Of a stretch of 64,000 nucleotides of DNA, positions 27,701 through 36,697 are shown piece by piece. The notes under the pieces are model-generated. The model made no database searches, had not been told where the DNA came from, and was given only the letters and a program-made list of their open reading frames with translations. A program made the translations under genes and the position numbers. The first letter of the stretch is position 1. Each line of letters begins with the position of its first letter. Source of the stretch: an uncultured archaeon (lineage in GTDB: Archaea; Asgardarchaeota; Heimdallarchaeia; Heimdallarchaeales; Heimdallarchaeaceae); contig CAZJUB010000003.1 of the NCBI GenBank assembly GCA_964549075.1, positions 24,283 through 88,282 of the forward strand. The letters are read 5' to 3'.

Positions 27701-30445
27701 GAGAAATCACCAATCTCTCTTAATCAGTTATCAGAAGAACTAGACATACCTATAAGCACATTGCAACCTCATATAGAAAGACTTGAGAGAGCAATACTAG
27801 TACTCAGAACAGATTATGAACTGTATGGGGGAAGAGTCAGAAATAAATATGCTCTGTCAGAGAATATAGTACCTAAACAGCTGTTTAATGAGGCTAAAAA
27901 GCTTGATCCAGAAGAATGCTTGAAAAAAATTCTTCTTCATTATTTGAAAGTACATGGACCTTCAACCTTGTATCAGATTATTGAATATCTTAGAATTGAA
28001 GAAGAAAAAGTTAATCGCGCTCTTTCAGAATTACAAAATCAAAACCGTATTCTAAAAGGAAGGATTGTCGAATCTGCCTTAGAAGATCAATATATTAGGT
28101 TAGAAGACAGAGAACTTCTCAGAAACTTAAGTAATAGAAAACCTGATTCAATAATTCTTACTCATACAGAACTTAATTTTATCCACTATTTGTTCGCTGT
28201 GAATGCTTTTCTTAAAGAACAACTTTTTGGTAAAGAAAATATCCTAAACATACTCAATAATTTTGGAACGATAGAAAACTTAAGTTCTCTATCTATTCGT
28301 ATTCAAGATTATGAGATAGAGTGGATAAGAGAACTAGTAGAGAAAAATGAGATAGTACAAGGAAGATTTAGTCATCGTAGACCAGCTTATGTAAGTAGAG
28401 AGCTTTTCCCCTATTTCTATGTAGCATACAGAGAACCCTTCAATCTAACTAAAGTTGAAGAGAAAATTATCTCAGTCATAAGAAAATATGGTCCTTTAAC
28501 AAAGAGAGAGATAAAAGAGTTAACCGATTTAGATGGTGATATAGTTCAAGAAAGTTTGATGATTCTTGATAAAACTCTCTATTTGGTTAGAAAGTCAGTA
28601 ACAGTTGAAACCTTCCTTCCTCGGCAATTTATCCCAAATGTTTATGACATTTCAGAGCGTTATGTAACAGTTGATAAACTTCCATCAATAGATAAAAGTC
28701 AAGAATTCATAATGTTAAAAACAATTCAATCTTCAGGACCTGTTTCCTTAATTGAATTAACTCATCTGTTAGGATTCAAATATAGTGATACTGAGAAAAT
28801 AATTAAGAATTTACTCCAAGATAAAAAAATCATAGAGAAAAAGCTTACAGAGCGAGAAACAAACTATTATATGATTAAAGAGAGATTCGAAGAAATTTCT
28901 AAAATAAAAACAGATATGATAAATATAGCTTCAAGTGACGATGAAGAAATTATTATTCTCCCTCGTGATGATCCATTCACAAAATTGGGTATGAGATTAC
29001 AACTTCGAGATATTTATGGAGAAGGACAAATAGATCCAATCTTGTTAGATGGAGAAATGGTTGGTTCTATCGAGTATAAAATACACGGAGGACAATATCT
29101 TCAAATTTATGATTTGAAACTAGATGACTCTATACTTTACAATTCTTCCTTACTGCAAAAATTAGCAGCTGAACTAGTAAATTATACAAGAAAAATACAT
29201 CGAGTTCTTAGTCTTCAGATTGAGGATATTAATAGTAAATCGATATTATCAAAAAGTAACAGCTTTATACGAGAAACACTAGTTAAAACAGGTTTTAAAC
29301 TCGTAAAAGATATATTAATAGGTGGAGATACAGTTACAAAGGTTTTCTCCAGACGTTTTATTGATAGAAATGTAATGGAGAACCTTTGGTTAAAGAAGCA
29401 AACACCAGCTTTAAATTCCGAGAATTTACTACAGATGATTAACCATTTCGGATTTGTAGATATTAAAGAAATACTATCTAGATATCCTGAAAACATGATT
29501 TCTGTAATAATCTATCTTCTCAATCAACTTCTCAAGAACAGAGATATAATATGTCAAAGCAACGTTTTTTATTCAATACAATTTGCTCGTTATAGAAAAA
29601 GTGGATTAAGAACTCGAAGAAAGATGAAAGATGATGCAACACAATTGTATAACAAGATTAAGAAAGGTATAGCTAATAATCAAAGTTTGTTAGATAATTG
29701 GAAAGGAACAACTGTATCATTTAAAGCAGCACTCAGAATACTTGAAGAAAATATGTTAATTGGTACAGAATCAATTAATAATCTTCTAGAACCTCAAGAA
29801 TATTGGGACTTAGGTTCTTTTATTCCAGAAATTGATAAGGAAATTTCAGTCATAAGAAAAGAGTATGTTTATGATGTCATAGGAAGCTTAGGTGTTGCAA
29901 CAGAAGAGCAGATTTCAGAAAGAGCTTCAATTCCTGGAATACTTACAAAAATAAGAATAAAAGAAGTGCTAGCTTCACTAATAAATGAGGAAAGAATACT
30001 TGGAGGAAGATTTGTTGAGAATGATACAAGATTCTTTTATACCACTCAAGAAAATTATGATAATTTATTAATATTGGAGAAAAAAGCAGAAAGTAAAGTT
30101 GAATATTCTAAGAAAGAGGAAAGGGAAAGATATTATTTACTTAATCCAAAAGATCTCGCGAATATTGTTCTTAAAGCGAATCTATATGAACAGTTTGGAA
30201 TATCAGATGAAAATTACGTTATTATTCTTGATCAAAAAGTAGCTGCACAATGTAATATTGAAAGTATAAATCAAAAACGAATGACAGTGAAAAATATCCT
30301 TTTAGCTCCTTGGATACATGCAGAGAGCTCGTTAAATTATGTGATCAATGCGATAGAAACAATTCCTAACTTTGAGAACAGTGAAATCAATTCTATAGTT
30401 GTGCAAAGGATAAATGGAATACCTTCACACACTTTGGTGATATAA
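24719..30445 (+). CDS. lhr: Lhr-family SF2 helicase with long winged-helix/AlkZ-like C-terminal region
   Basis: TGSGKT, SPLKALGND, RTGDT, TTPESL, DEIH, SAT, SLELGIDIG, QRVGRSGH and PSPFA; about 1000 aa of repeated wHTH modules follow. Confidence 0.93.
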   Translation: MTIHYLDEPSTPVSIHSFLADEIRDWFTSKFPGGFTPPQLYAIPSIHEKRNTLIFSSTGSGKTFAAFLASINELFNEAKEGKLKDEIYVLYISPLKALGNDIRKNLEEPLQGIQELAASNNLVTPKIRVAVRTGDTTQAERSSMLKQPPHILITTPESLGLIIASPKFSLSLKSVRWIIVDEIHEVSSNKRGVFLSLCLEYLQQELTENNVTRIGLSATQAPIEEIARFLVGLDENGRENDCYIANLPPQRKLDLEVKSPVEDLLHTPYIMIQEGIYNLLANLIMDHETTIVFTNTRKGAESVSFKLKEYLGDEYSSSIAVHHSSLSREIRLDVEDKLKNNELLAAVTSTSLELGIDIGSVELVAQIGSPKTVAKYLQRVGRSGHSLDRIAKGRLITTDRDDAIECAVLTKSAYSREIDKVQIPHNCLDVLSQFIVGISLMKRWKMDEAYSLIKRSYNYNTLDFDDYQKVLEYLGGYNLEVEERKIYRKIWYDDKEKAFGKKKGSRLTYYTNIGTIPENADYRVELETYRTRLGMLSESFVERLTPGDVFVLGSHTYQFKRTVGSRVVVSEAFGKRPTIPNWVGEELPRSFELSQQIGRFIEAVAQKIQKEDEEAVVEWIQRSFQVDSIIAQTIVEYVNQQIQYLHVTPSDKKLLVESFIDPQGRMILVFHGYYGRRVNDTLSRAFAYAIGSNLDADVGSAVNDNGFVLMLPVDKIFDTSIIPELIKVDNLENILKSAIINTELFLTRFRHVANRSLMILRRSNNRSVPVSRQTMYARRIFSTMRNMDDFCVIKETYREILRDYMDLTNSLIVLEKLQKKEFEYVITPLTDIPSPFAHGIVLLGVSDIVQISDRSALLRELHQQVLAKVFGKEGTKEILFDEELVRRIFNNRSYKNKELPISSLKHLRDAMRALAPIKTIESIQPSIYHLSISDPKQIQSWSLALHNSGEFVEIYVAKGDRRSIPLKDFQLYWNLYVTTIEENELEKRILATLKEKSPISLNQLSEELDIPISTLQPHIERLERAILVLRTDYELYGGRVRNKYALSENIVPKQLFNEAKKLDPEECLKKILLHYLKVHGPSTLYQIIEYLRIEEEKVNRALSELQNQNRILKGRIVESALEDQYIRLEDRELLRNLSNRKPDSIILTHTELNFIHYLFAVNAFLKEQLFGKENILNILNNFGTIENLSSLSIRIQDYEIEWIRELVEKNEIVQGRFSHRRPAYVSRELFPYFYVAYREPFNLTKVEEKIISVIRKYGPLTKREIKELTDLDGDIVQESLMILDKTLYLVRKSVTVETFLPRQFIPNVYDISERYVTVDKLPSIDKSQEFIMLKTIQSSGPVSLIELTHLLGFKYSDTEKIIKNLLQDKKIIEKKLTERETNYYMIKERFEEISKIKTDMINIASSDDEEIIILPRDDPFTKLGMRLQLRDIYGEGQIDPILLDGEMVGSIEYKIHGGQYLQIYDLKLDDSILYNSSLLQKLAAELVNYTRKIHRVLSLQIEDINSKSILSKSNSFIRETLVKTGFKLVKDILIGGDTVTKVFSRRFIDRNVMENLWLKKQTPALNSENLLQMINHFGFVDIKEILSRYPENMISVIIYLLNQLLKNRDIICQSNVFYSIQFARYRKSGLRTRRKMKDDATQLYNKIKKGIANNQSLLDNWKGTTVSFKAALRILEENMLIGTESINNLLEPQEYWDLGSFIPEIDKEISVIRKEYVYDVIGSLGVATEEQISERASIPGILTKIRIKEVLASLINEERILGGRFVENDTRFFYTTQENYDNLLILEKKAESKVEYSKKEERERYYLLNPKDLANIVLKANLYEQFGISDENYVIILDQKVAAQCNIESINQKRMTVKNILLAPWIHAESSLNYVINAIETIPNFENSEINSIVVQRINGIPSHTLVI

Positions 30446-30446
30446 A

Positions 30447-32786
30447 ATGGCTATTACACAATATTCTCTTTCATTGGATAAACTTGCTAGATACTTGGTG
30501 GAAAAACAAAATATAGATGGAGAGTATAAAGGAGTTAATTATAGCCACGCAATATCGATAATTAACAATGTGATAATGTTCCAAGATATAGAATCACTTT
30601 TTGTTAGAATGAGAACTTATTCTTCTGGACTAGTAGATTCTCTTATAAAAAATAAACATCTTGTACATGCTCCATTCAAAGAAGGAAAGCTAGCTTATGT
30701 TGGGAGAGATAATCTTTATCTCTATAGTACAATTTATACAAAGGATAATATCCAATATAAAAATCCTCTAACAAGAACAGTCCTTGAATATTTAGAAGAA
30801 GAAGGTTCATCTACTCGCCAAAAAATAATGGAAAAATTTGAAATCTCAAAGGAAGATGTTATGGATATCCTTACAGAACTTCGCGCTAATTTCCAGATTT
30901 ACATGTTCTATGATGGTACTTACTGGACAATATTTTCAAGCAAATTGGTTCTCGAAGATACAAAAATCAGTAAAGCCTCAGCTATTTCTGAACTGATTTA
31001 TGCTGTAATTAAAAATTTTGGCCCTATAACTGTCCCCCAAATAATCAAAATACTCAAAATGAGTGGAGGAAGGGTAAGCACAAGCATCATTGAACTTTAT
31101 GAAAATAAAAAAATAGTTAGAGGTAATTTTATAGAAAATTCGAGTTATGAAGCTTTTCTAGCTTCAGATGAGCTTGAATATTTATCTGCCTTTCTTGAGA
31201 ATTATAAACAGAAAATATCAAAAGAGATAGTTATCCTACCGAATTCTGATCCTCTTGCCGAATATTGGTCTTCTGCAGATTTTTTGAATTTAGATGAAGT
31301 TCTTGAAGAACTAACACTAATAGATGGCAAACCTATTTGTTCTTTTGAATATAAAATTGATGGGGATAACTTACACATAACTAATCTTGTTAAGACTTCA
31401 GAATTTACCGTTCTCGAAATAGAAATTAAAAACAAAATCCAAGAATATGCTGAAAATAAAGGTAAAATACTAATTTTTCCTGAACTTCAATCTGAAGTTA
31501 TAGAAAATCAATCTAAAATTCTGGCTGATATCCTTTCTAAAAGAGGTTATCAAAATCGTACATCTGGTCTAGTTTCATTTCTAGCTGCTAAACCTATAAC
31601 TCAAGAAGAAAGCCAATTGTTTTTCCTGAGAGATGTTTTTCCGCTTCTTCTAGATTTACAATTTTTAAGTCCCAAATATGGTTTTGGTAGTAAAAAAGGT
31701 GTATTAAATGGTCTATCATCATTGGGAATACCTCTACCTACTGATTCTTTGTTAGTTCGAATCTCTTCAAAGGAAGTCTCTATGTTAGATGATTTAATTG
31801 TCGATAAACAACTGATAACAGGAAAATATGGTGCATTTTATAGAGGAACTATCTCTTCTCAAGATTATCCTTATTTCTCTAAGTTAAGTCCTTCCCGCCA
31901 GTATGGTGTTTTAGAGGAAAATGTTCTTCATCTTATAAACCAAAAAGAACGCATTAATTTCTCACAACTCAAATCTTCATTAAATTACTCGAACAAGGTT
32001 TTATTATCAGCACTTCAGAGACTAGAACTAGCTAACAAAATTATTCAAACTAAATCTATATCGAAACAAATCGTCTGGGAATTAACCTCAAAATTTCTAG
32101 CAAACCATCCTGTAAAAACAATACAAACACAAAGAGAGGCTTGGTTAGAAGTGCTTTACCGAATATTTTCTACCAATTTACCTTTAAGTATACGACAGTT
32201 GGCTAATCTTACAGGATTATCTAATACACAGTTGGAAGTTTATCTCAAAGAACTAATAGCCTCTAAAGGTGTTAGATCTGGAAGATTTTTTGAAGATGAA
32301 AATGAAGTCCAATTTACTATAGGAGAGATAGAGAATAAAATAATAGGATATATCTATAAAAAAGAAGAAGATTCAGATAGTGGAGAAGTTATAGTAACCT
32401 ATTTACCAAAGAATGAACCACTCCTAATTCTTTACAGAAACTATCTTTTAAAACGATTTAGACTTAAATCACTTTTCTCACGTTCTAGCCCAACAGAATA
32501 CGGTGAAATAATTTTAATGAATGGGGAACCGATAGCAGCTCTACACCTTAAGAAAGCTGATAAGATAGAATATATCAACAATATAGAAATCCTCCCTGAA
32601 TTTACAGATTCTCATACTCTTATGCTTATTTTTAGTTCAATCCAAGAATATTTGTTGAAGACAAAGGATGAGAAAGATAGAGTGATGAGAATCAAACAAA
32701 TAAATGGTATAACTTTAAACACAGAAAGCGGTAAAAAATATATTGAACTTCTCAATAATATGCAGATTAAATATCAAATTCTGTAA
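30447..32786 (+). CDS. Stand-alone Lhr-CTD/AlkZ(HTH_42)-like winged-helix repeat protein
   Basis: Two modules with FGPIT/LPLS helices, RG.F.E motifs, LP.SDPL/LPKNEPL and terminal QING, all matching the Lhr C-terminal repeats; starts 1 bp after the lhr stop. Confidence 0.65.
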   Translation: MAITQYSLSLDKLARYLVEKQNIDGEYKGVNYSHAISIINNVIMFQDIESLFVRMRTYSSGLVDSLIKNKHLVHAPFKEGKLAYVGRDNLYLYSTIYTKDNIQYKNPLTRTVLEYLEEEGSSTRQKIMEKFEISKEDVMDILTELRANFQIYMFYDGTYWTIFSSKLVLEDTKISKASAISELIYAVIKNFGPITVPQIIKILKMSGGRVSTSIIELYENKKIVRGNFIENSSYEAFLASDELEYLSAFLENYKQKISKEIVILPNSDPLAEYWSSADFLNLDEVLEELTLIDGKPICSFEYKIDGDNLHITNLVKTSEFTVLEIEIKNKIQEYAENKGKILIFPELQSEVIENQSKILADILSKRGYQNRTSGLVSFLAAKPITQEESQLFFLRDVFPLLLDLQFLSPKYGFGSKKGVLNGLSSLGIPLPTDSLLVRISSKEVSMLDDLIVDKQLITGKYGAFYRGTISSQDYPYFSKLSPSRQYGVLEENVLHLINQKERINFSQLKSSLNYSNKVLLSALQRLELANKIIQTKSISKQIVWELTSKFLANHPVKTIQTQREAWLEVLYRIFSTNLPLSIRQLANLTGLSNTQLEVYLKELIASKGVRSGRFFEDENEVQFTIGEIENKIIGYIYKKEEDSDSGEVIVTYLPKNEPLLILYRNYLLKRFRLKSLFSRSSPTEYGEIILMNGEPIAALHLKKADKIEYINNIEILPEFTDSHTLMLIFSSIQEYLLKTKDEKDRVMRIKQINGITLNTESGKKYIELLNNMQIKYQIL

Positions 32787-32830
32787 TAATAAGGAGATAT
32801 CTTTTTTACTTTAGATGACAATGTAATTTC

Positions 32831-33679
32831 ATGAGACGTACAGCTTTCAATGCTGGAAGGTTTTATGAAGGCAGAGATGGACATCTTATAGATTCAATAG
32901 AAAAATGCTTTAAAAGCAATTTAGGACCTGAAAATTTACCAAAAGGTACAATTCATTCTGATCTCTCAACACCATTTTTTCTAGTACCTCATGCTGGATA
33001 TATGTATAGTGGACCAGTAGCTGCTAGTAGTTATTTAGAAATGAGTAAGTACAAACCACCTAAAACTGTTGTGATTTTTGGTCCAAATCACACGGGTGAT
33101 GGAGCTGACATCAGTGTTCCAGATAAAGCTACAGAATGGGAAACACCTCTTGGAACTGTGAAAGTTAATGAGGAATTTATAGATAAATTAATGTCTTTAG
33201 ACAGTCAAGTTCGTAAAAGTGATCCCGCTCATATACGGGAGCACTCTATTGAAGTACAAATACCTTTTCTTCAATATATTTTGAAAGAACCTTTTCAGAT
33301 TGTTCCTATTACTATGATGAACCAAAGTTATGATTCAAGCATGCTACTTGGAGAAACTGTGGCTAAACTCATCAAAAATGAAAATATCGTAGTTATTGCT
33401 AGTAGTGATCTTACGCATTTTGAAAGTCATGAAGCTGCAAAACAAAAAGATAGTCAAGTTCTTGAAGCTATCGAGAAAATGGACATAAAAACAATGTACG
33501 ATGTTAAATATAAGCTACATGTTACCATGTGTGGATATGGCCCCATTGCTGCAACTATCGAAGCAGCAATGCAAACTGGTCGTACAAACAGTAAAATATT
33601 GAATTATGCAACATCTGGCGATGTTTCAGGAGACAAAAGTCAAGTGGTAGGCTATGCTTCTGCAATGTTTTATAAGTAA
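32831..33679 (+). CDS. MEMO1-family protein (AmmeMemoRadiSam protein B)
   Basis: AGRFY, PHAGYMYSG, GPNH, EHSIEVQ, SSDLTH, CGYG and VVGY. Confidence 0.93.
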   Translation: MRRTAFNAGRFYEGRDGHLIDSIEKCFKSNLGPENLPKGTIHSDLSTPFFLVPHAGYMYSGPVAASSYLEMSKYKPPKTVVIFGPNHTGDGADISVPDKATEWETPLGTVKVNEEFIDKLMSLDSQVRKSDPAHIREHSIEVQIPFLQYILKEPFQIVPITMMNQSYDSSMLLGETVAKLIKNENIVVIASSDLTHFESHEAAKQKDSQVLEAIEKMDIKTMYDVKYKLHVTMCGYGPIAATIEAAMQTGRTNSKILNYATSGDVSGDKSQVVGYASAMFYK

Positions 33680-33737
33680 AAATTCGATTGTCCACATAGA
33701 AATCAATATTAGCATAATCATATAATAATAATCAAAA

Positions 33738-34274
33738 GTGAGTTCAGTGTCTACGAAAAACTATCTTACCAACAAAATTGTTCTAATAGGAGATGCACGA
33801 GTTGGAAAGACTTCTCTAGTTAGAAGATTTGTTACAAATATGTTCGATCCTTCCTACAAGATTACTTTAGGTACAACAATAATGAAGAAAGAGTTAGAAT
33901 ATCTGACAAATAACGTAATACTTGCCATATGGGATATAGGAGGGCAAGAAGTTTTTAGACAGATCAGAAGTAAATACTTCTTCGGAAGTAAAGGAGCGTT
34001 AGCTGTTTGTGATGCTTCTAACAAAGAAACCTATGATAATTTATCATCATGGGTAGAATCGTTCAGAAACGAAGTAGGAGATATGCCTATAATTTTTATA
34101 GCGAATAAATGTGATTTGAAAGATCAACAAGTAACAGAAGAAGATATGAGAAAACTGGTAAAAACCTATACAAAAACTGAATTCTTGTTCACATCTGCTA
34201 AAGATGGAACCAACGCAGAAAAAGCATTTGCAGACCTAACAAGACTGATGATAGAAGACGCTGATATAATTTAA
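33738..34274 (+). CDS. Rab-like small GTPase
   Basis: GDARVGKTS, TLG, WDIGGQ, NKCD and TSAK; no C-terminal Cys. Confidence 0.9.
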   Translation: MSSVSTKNYLTNKIVLIGDARVGKTSLVRRFVTNMFDPSYKITLGTTIMKKELEYLTNNVILAIWDIGGQEVFRQIRSKYFFGSKGALAVCDASNKETYDNLSSWVESFRNEVGDMPIIFIANKCDLKDQQVTEEDMRKLVKTYTKTEFLFTSAKDGTNAEKAFADLTRLMIEDADII

Positions 34275-34309
34275 TTCATAATTTAAGTTAGTCATCTGAA
34301 TAATCTCTT

Positions 34310-34795
34310 TTATTCATTTTTCTTTTGTTCAATTTGTTTTCGTAAGAGATACAAGGAAAGAGTTATTTCTCCTAAACAACCTATCTCATTCAATTTATCA
34401 AAATAAACTGCTCTTCCTTTCTCTAACTCTTGTTTGGTGAGTCCTGGTTCTGAACCTCCAAAAATTAAAAGAATATTCTTACCAACTGCATAAGACTTAG
34501 TTATCTCTTTTTCATTGAAGACTTCTTTAGAGTAAGGTCTCTTAATAAAAAGATAGATTTCTTCAGGATTAACCAATTCAATAGCGTCATCAATCCCTTG
34601 AAGATAAAGAAGATTTGCGTTTTGTGAGTGAGCTAATTTCTGAGCTATTGGAACACCTGTAGTTGCTGCAGTTCCCGTAGCTTTAGATAGAATAATATCT
34701 CTTGCACCTAGATTCAAAGCTATTCTAACAAACTCTCTACAATGGTTAATGCTACTGAAATTATGTAATTGGACAATGATTTTTCCTGAATTCAT
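34310..34795 (-). CDS. DUF2122/COG4080-type archaeal SPOUT-like protein (often labelled RecB-family nuclease)
   Basis: LHNFSS, KATGTAATTGVP.AQKLA, DDAIEL and FGGSEPGLT. Confidence 0.7.
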   Translation of the reverse strand: MNSGKIIVQLHNFSSINHCREFVRIALNLGARDIILSKATGTAATTGVPIAQKLAHSQNANLLYLQGIDDAIELVNPEEIYLFIKRPYSKEVFNEKEITKSYAVGKNILLIFGGSEPGLTKQELEKGRAVYFDKLNEIGCLGEITLSLYLLRKQIEQKKNE

Positions 34796-34858
34796 TAAGT
34801 TACTTTAAAATGAGCTATTCAAAAATATAACTGTCAAAACTTGAACCAAGTAAAAATA

Positions 34859-34866
34859 TTTTTAAA
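34859..34866 (+). promoter_or_regulatory. Putative TATA box for tRNA-His
   Basis: TTTTTAAA about 30 nt upstream of the tRNA 5' end, preceded by an A-rich BRE-like stretch. Confidence 0.45.
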
Positions 34867-34894
34867 ACACACTAACAACAAGAAAGTAAGTTAA

Positions 34895-34968
34895 GCCCCG
34901 ATAGTTTAGCCGCAGAATTGCGGATTGTGGCTCCGTAGACGCAGGTTCAAATCTTGCTCGGGGCACCA
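34895..34968 (+). tRNA. tRNA-His (GTG), intronless, CCA encoded
   Basis: Acceptor stem GCCCCGA/TCGGGGC, anticodon arm GCGGA-TTGTGGC-TCCGT, T arm GCAGG-TTCAAAT-CTTGC and 3' ACCA. Confidence 0.9.
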
Positions 34969-35060
34969 CATTTTCTATCTTTAAAGTTTCATTATTGAGT
35001 TAAAATTTATATCCAAGGTACTTTAAAATATTAAACAAGAGAACATTTGAGTGAGAGATT

Positions 35061-35633
35061 ATGGCAATTCTTTATAATTTATGGCCTTATTATTTAGCTA
35101 GTTATATTATAGCTTATAGTACACAAGTGTGGGCAAATCACAAACGTGGTGAACCTTTTGATGATCCTGAGTTTTTGTTTGCTGATAAGAAAATTGTTGT
35201 TATTGCTTTAATATGGCTTTTTGGAGGATTAGCTATTACTTTTTTCGTTCCAGTTAGTTATGGATTGTTATATTATATCGGTTTACCTATCTTCATTGTA
35301 GGTTTGTCGCTTGGGGAGATTGCTTTATTTTCTTTTGCAAAGAATAAAGGTTTAACCACTTCAAGAATTCACCACTTTTCGAGGAATCCAATCTACGTAG
35401 GAACAACAATTATGTACTTAGGTTTAGTTTTAATGGGTTGGTCTGTTCCTGTTTCTGTTGGAAGTATCCTTTTTCTGATTTACTTCATATTGACGATTCC
35501 CTATTTTCATTGGACTGTCCTTCTTGAAGAAGCTTTTCTGACTAAGAAATATGGTGATACCTATATACAATATCTAGAATCCACACCAAGATACATAGGA
35601 ATACCTAAAAAAATGGACAATAAAGATAATTAG
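35061..35633 (+). CDS. ICMT/PEMT (Ste14)-family membrane methyltransferase
   Basis: SRNPIYVG and EEAFLTKKYG..Y..Y...TPRY; multi-TM. Confidence 0.85.
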   Translation: MAILYNLWPYYLASYIIAYSTQVWANHKRGEPFDDPEFLFADKKIVVIALIWLFGGLAITFFVPVSYGLLYYIGLPIFIVGLSLGEIALFSFAKNKGLTTSRIHHFSRNPIYVGTTIMYLGLVLMGWSVPVSVGSILFLIYFILTIPYFHWTVLLEEAFLTKKYGDTYIQYLESTPRYIGIPKKMDNKDN

Positions 35634-35682
35634 CAAAGTTTAAAGCAGAGTGTCATTCCCTTTAAGTTACTGACGTGATAAA

Positions 35683-36141
35683 ATGCCTTGGGTAGAAGAA
35701 GTAATTTTAGGAGGAACTTTTGACCATTTACACCCAGGACATAAAGCATTACTTGAAGCAGCTAAAAGTTTTGGCTCTTATGTTAGAATTGGATTAACTA
35801 CGGATGAATTTGCAAAGAGTCTTAGAAGAAGTGATCCCCACCTTGATTTAATGCAGCCATATGATGTCAGGAAAAATGATTTAGAGAAATATTTGAAGTC
35901 AAGAAATCTTAAAAAATTTGAAATCATTAAGATAGAAGATAGATATGGTTTCGCTTTAACTGCTAAGGATGCAGAAGGTATTGTTGTAACTGAAGAAACT
36001 TATCCAACTGCTGTAGATATAAATAAGCTTCGAACTCTCAGTAATTTAGATCAACTTCTGATTTTGGTTATTCCCTTTGTATACGATGAATCAGGAATAA
36101 TCATAAGCTCGCGTAGAATTAGACAACAACTCGCGGAATAA
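35683..36141 (+). CDS. coaD: Archaeal/eukaryote-type phosphopantetheine adenylyltransferase
   Basis: GGTFDHLHPGH, GLTTD, IVVTEET, IN..R and ISSRRIR. Confidence 0.88.
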   Translation: MPWVEEVILGGTFDHLHPGHKALLEAAKSFGSYVRIGLTTDEFAKSLRRSDPHLDLMQPYDVRKNDLEKYLKSRNLKKFEIIKIEDRYGFALTAKDAEGIVVTEETYPTAVDINKLRTLSNLDQLLILVIPFVYDESGIIISSRRIRQQLAE

Positions 36142-36166
36142 ACAAAATATTAAAGCAAAATTGAAT

Positions 36167-36697
36167 TCAATCTCTTGCTTCAATGCTACTTAAGATTTGT
36201 TCTCCCATTGCAAGAAATGCATCTGCAACATTATCCCCAGTTTTAGCTGATGTTTCAATGAACCCGATACATCCAGATTCTTCTGCAAATTTCTTTCCTT
36301 CTTCAGTTGAAACATCTCGAAGATCTCCTAAATCATTTTTATTTCCTACAAGCATTAACATTATACGAGGACTTTCTGTTTGAGCTTCTTTAATCCATGT
36401 TTGAAGATTTTCAAATGATTGTCTTCTTGTGATATCATAGGTAACTAGTGCTCCCAGACTACCCTTGAAAAAGATTTGACGCATTGAAGCAAAACGGTCT
36501 TGACCAGCAATATCCCATAATTGCAAACATACTCTTGTGTCCTTTATCGTTTCAAAGCGCGAATACGGCTCCATACCAATAGTCATCAAATAACCTGCTT
36601 GGAATTTGTTGTGAATAAATCTTTGGACTAAACTAGTTTTACCAACAGCCCCATCTCCAAGCAATAAAATTTTGAAAGTATACTTGTAGCTAGTCAT
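36167..36697 (-). CDS. Rab-like small GTPase
   Basis: YKYTFKILLLGDGAVGKTS, TIG, LQLWDIAGQDRF, YDIT, GNKND and ETSAKTG; no C-terminal Cys. Confidence 0.93.
   Translation of the reverse strand: MTSYKYTFKILLLGDGAVGKTSLVQRFIHNKFQAGYLMTIGMEPYSRFETIKDTRVCLQLWDIAGQDRFASMRQIFFKGSLGALVTYDITRRQSFENLQTWIKEAQTESPRIMLMLVGNKNDLGDLRDVSTEEGKKFAEESGCIGFIETSAKTGDNVADAFLAMGEQILSSIEARD

Noticed and set aside
32831-33679. MEMO1 as a eukaryotic signature protein linked to the adjacent Rab-like gene
   Set aside because: The MEMO1 family is widespread in archaea and bacteria, so adjacency alone is not evidence.
34969-35633. tRNA-His as an integration site for an island
   Set aside because: No integrase gene or duplicated tRNA 3' end was found in the window.
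33738-36697. ICMT-family gene between two Rab-like genes as a prenylation/methylation system
   Set aside because: Neither GTPase has a C-terminal Cys/CAAX/CXC motif, and Ste14-like proteins are widespread in prokaryotes.
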